From Lama glama (lineage: Eukaryota), in NCBI GenBank assembly GCA_028534125.1, contig CM052816.1, positions 90,460,001 through 90,524,000 on the forward strand: a stretch of DNA of 64,000 nt, written 5' to 3'. Of this stretch, positions 60,813-64,000 are shown one piece after another. The notes below the pieces were generated by a model that made no database searches, had not been told where the DNA came from, and was given only the letters and a program-made list of their open reading frames with translations. Both the position numbers and the translations under genes were made by a program. The first letter of the stretch is position 1. Each line of letters begins with the position of its first letter.

Positions 60813-60919
60813 TGAGATGATCAGCTCATCCCTGTTCGTCTAGCACTTTCCTGGTCTTAGCTTTGAAAATCCTGGGAAACTCCTCAGTCCTGGGAAAAGT
60901 AGGATGGTCAGTTACCTTA
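60813..60919. mobile_element. hAT-Blackjack MER81-like MITE
   Basis: ACTTTCCTGGTCTTAGC...GAAA...CCTCAGTCCTGGGAAAA...GGATGGTCAGTTACCTTA, ~107 bp with decayed inverted termini. Confidence 0.7.
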
Positions 60920-61137
60920 ATTAGCCTGCAAACCCTCTCAGGAGTGGTCCAGCAGCAAGGCTGTACCTGAGAGAACAGTAGGGCTGATCTTGTTGGAACA
61001 TGTCCTGATCCTCAGCCCAACCCCAAACTATAGCCCCTGCCTGACAACCCTGGCACCTTATGCAAAGCTGACGGGACTGCCTAGAAAGAAACACTCTCTC
61101 AGCTTAACATTGTTTTCATTTCAGAGTTCTTCAAGCC

Positions 61138-61245
61138 CAACAGAAAAGATTTATTGCATGCTTATCATTTGCACAGTACAGTACCAGACATGGCTGGGGA
61201 CACTGAAGTATAAAAAAAAGTAGTCCTGCCCTCAAGGAACTTAAT
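61138..61245 (-). mobile_element. LINE-2 3' end
   Basis: ATTTATTGCATGCTTA...GGCTGGGGACAC...AGTCCTGCCCTCAAGGAACTTA. Confidence 0.7.
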
Positions 61246-62047
61246 TATAAATATAACAAAATTTGTGGGATAAAAAGGTCAAACAATAATAAAACTAACA
61301 TGACAAGGCATGCATTAAAAATATATATATATATATCACCAAACAGAATATGATTAATTGCAAACATGACCTTGGGAAATTAGTGGCTTTTAGAGGGAAG
61401 AAGTTTTGGGTTGTTCTGGTTTTGTTTTCTACTCAACAAAGGTAGCATTTTTAATGACCTGCTACCATTGGTTGAACAAAGCAGAGGAGAGAAATGGGTG
61501 TCACTTTAGACAACTTTTCAAGCTTGAAAACTGTGAACACAAGCTTTTAAGCAAGACACAATGCGTCCCAGTGTCATCGCTGCTGAATACGTGCTAGCTG
61601 TTGGGAAATTTGTCAGCTGAAAGATCAAGATAATCTACCTCTATCTTAGAGCTGGTGAGAGAATTAATGAAATGAGATTCATGGTTACTTAACACATCAC
61701 CTTGTGTATGTCAAATTCTCGATAAATAGTTGCTATGATGATTTGTGTAATTATTAATATGATGCACGCACATGTATTATTTCCTCTTCTCACATTTCGC
61801 AATTACTTTAATCTGGAAAATCTGATGCAATTCAAATTTTATATTAACTCACAAATGCTGCTTCATTGTCCCTGTAGATTTAAAAGATAGCGAGGAGTTT
61901 TGCATGTTCTTGTCTGAATGTGTCTTCATTCAAACTGCTCTTCACACTGAAATTGCCAAGGTCTTGTGTAATGCTAAAATGGGTGTGGCCAGCAATGCAT
62001 TTAAAAGTGATTTATGTTTATGAACTTGTCTTACCCCTTTTTGCTAT

Positions 62048-62614
62048 CATATTAGTTATCTATTGATGCATAACAAGTTACTCCCAAAATGTACCAACTT
62101 AAAACAACACACATTTCTTATCTCATAGCTTCTATGGGCTGGGATCTGGGCACGGTTTTACTGCACCCATTCATTTCAGGATTCCTCATGGGCTGCAGTC
62201 AAGGTGTACACTGGGCTGTGGCTCAGATGGAAAAAAAAATCTGCTTCCAAGCTCACGTGATGGCTTCCAGGATTTGGTTCCCCGAAGTTGGTTGAACTTA
62301 GGATCCCAGTTCCTCACAGCTACTGGTCACAGGCCACCCTGAGTTCCTTGTTACATTGGCCTCTCCATCACGGCAGCTTGCTTCATCAATGTGTTCAAGC
62401 CAAGAAGGCAACGAAGACAGCCAACTAGCAACATGGAAGTCACAATGCTTTGTAACCTATTTCTCAAGGAGGCATCCCCTGGCCTTTGCCATAGTCTGTT
62501 GGTTGTAAGCAAGTAGCCAGGTTTGGCCAAACCTCAAGGGGTAAGGGTAACACAAGGCCATGGAATCAGGAAATGGTGATCATTGTGGGCCCTCTGAGAA
62601 GCCAGCGGACCACA
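62048..62614 (-). mobile_element. MaLR solo LTR, MLT1F-like
   Basis: TATTAGTTATCTATTGATGCATAACAA...CTTAAAACAAC...ATCTGCTTCCAAGCTCAC...GGCAGCTTGCTTCATCAA...ACCACA. Confidence 0.85.
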
Positions 62615-64000
62615 GGTACCTCTTAGAGGCACACAGTCACAACTGAACAGCAATAAAGCTGAATGACACAAATAGCAGTGAACAGCCAATTGATGCAACA
62701 AAATGTGCAGAGTTACAGAAACAACAGAGGCAGAGCCACAAGCCCTCTTCTTGAGCCAGCTGCCCTATTGATTCATCACGTTCATCAGAACTAGACCACT
62801 TCGGTGTTCAATATTTTCTGTTATATGTAATCTTCAATATTTCTTCAAAATTATATTATATATCTTTTACCAAAATCTGAGTAAGGTTGAGTTTGCCAGA
62901 ACTGAATCTTAATAATTTGAGGAGTCTCACCATCCACGTTAGATGGATCCCATGATCAAGAGAACACCTTCTGGAAACTTGCTCCAAGTCACAAAAAGTA
63001 AATCAAATTAGGCTGCATGTTCTGGGCCAAGTGACTTTACCACTGAACCTCAGTTTTCCTTCAGAAATGTAAATGCTTTTCCAGATAATCTCTCAGGCTC
63101 CTTCTAACTCCAAGATGGCCCCAAGGTTTTACAGCCATTAGTCCAAATATTGTTGTGTGTTAAGGAATCTTTCCCAAAATCCAAGAGCCAACCACCAAAG
63201 AAGTTGCAGCACTGGGAGTGAGAATAGAGGGCCATTTGAAATTCAGAGTTTCCAAAAGCTTCATCTGCAAAGCAGAGCTCAATCTCATTCCTCATTTTGC
63301 CACCCAGGAAGCTAATGAAAATTATCAAACCCTTTCAGCGGTTGCATGAGCATCTGGCAACAACAGGGCCACATCAAAACCTGAAAAAGACTGAAGTTGG
63401 GGAGGGAGAAGGGGAACGGGCTCGAAGATATTTCCAAGTGGAAATGCACTGAGCCAGTGGGGCATCCTCGATCTCTCCCAAGAGGACCTGCTGACTTGGC
63501 GTTAGCCATAGTGGGTGCACAATGGGTCCTGGCTGACCGAACAAATAAGAAAATGAATTTTCTGTATGCTGGACATGAGATCTGTCGTCTGTCAGGTGCA
63601 TATTCACAAGAAACCAAATACGTTAAGAGGAGCAAATAGTCATCAACAGTCCGTTGACTCACTGAACTCAGAAATGCCATGCAAACCTACAAGAGAAAGA
63701 AAACTGTCTTCGGTAAGTGGCCTGGTGAGGTTGGACTCAGAACACAAGGAGTAAGATTAATAGGAAGTTTAATGCTGTTGAGCTATGGCCTCTGGAACAG
63801 GGAAAGGGGCATCAGTTGGGTCCTTGGCACTTGAGGTTTCTTGATGAAAACTTGCTTTCTCTGGATGGTGTTTAGATGGTTAACACCCTGTCTGCCTTGT
63901 GACTCCCCTTTTATCCAAGCTTCCAAGTGGGCTGAACCTCCCTGCAGAAAGACGGTGTAACACAGCTAATAAAGGATGCTTTCACTGGGTTAGAGGGTCC

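Noticed and set aside
63312..63680. 122-aa minus-strand ORF
   Set aside because: No recognisable domain or codon bias; the length is reachable by chance in 64 kb across six frames.
1..64000. CRISPR arrays, prokaryotic operons, viral ORFs, NUMTs or snRNA copies
   Set aside because: No repeat-spacer array, dense gene packing, retroviral gag/pol/env, mitochondrial or U snRNA signature seen; the content is ordinary eutherian repeat-rich DNA.

Overview
Mammalian nuclear DNA, very likely from a camelid (alpaca/llama/camel): three tRNA-Ala-derived SINEs match the Camelidae Vic-1 pattern and the younger LINE-1 3' ends are cetartiodactyl-type. The window looks intergenic or deep intronic. I can support no intact protein-coding gene, RNA gene or CRISPR-like array. 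The ORFs in the track are L1 ORF2 remnants, microsatellite read-throughs, gap artefacts or chance ORFs. Much of the sequence is interspersed repeat (young and old L1, L2, MIR, MaLR/ERVL LTRs, Tigger and hAT DNA elements), with several nested insertions and readable target-site duplications (TSDs), plus one 500-N assembly gap. The best non-routine signal is a ~1.1 kb GC-rich block at 24.5-25.6 kb. It has a poly(A)-like end on the minus strand but a decayed high-GC3 reading frame on the plus strand, suggesting an unidentified, possibly inverted, processed pseudogene. Other leads are two L1 copies with almost the same 5' truncation point, inverted L1 pairs, a CpG-gain patch in an old L1, a candidate promoter/enhancer near 29.6-30.4 kb and a few candidate exons. 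I found no convincing previously undescribed biological system. Repeat family names come from recalled consensus motifs, not a database search.
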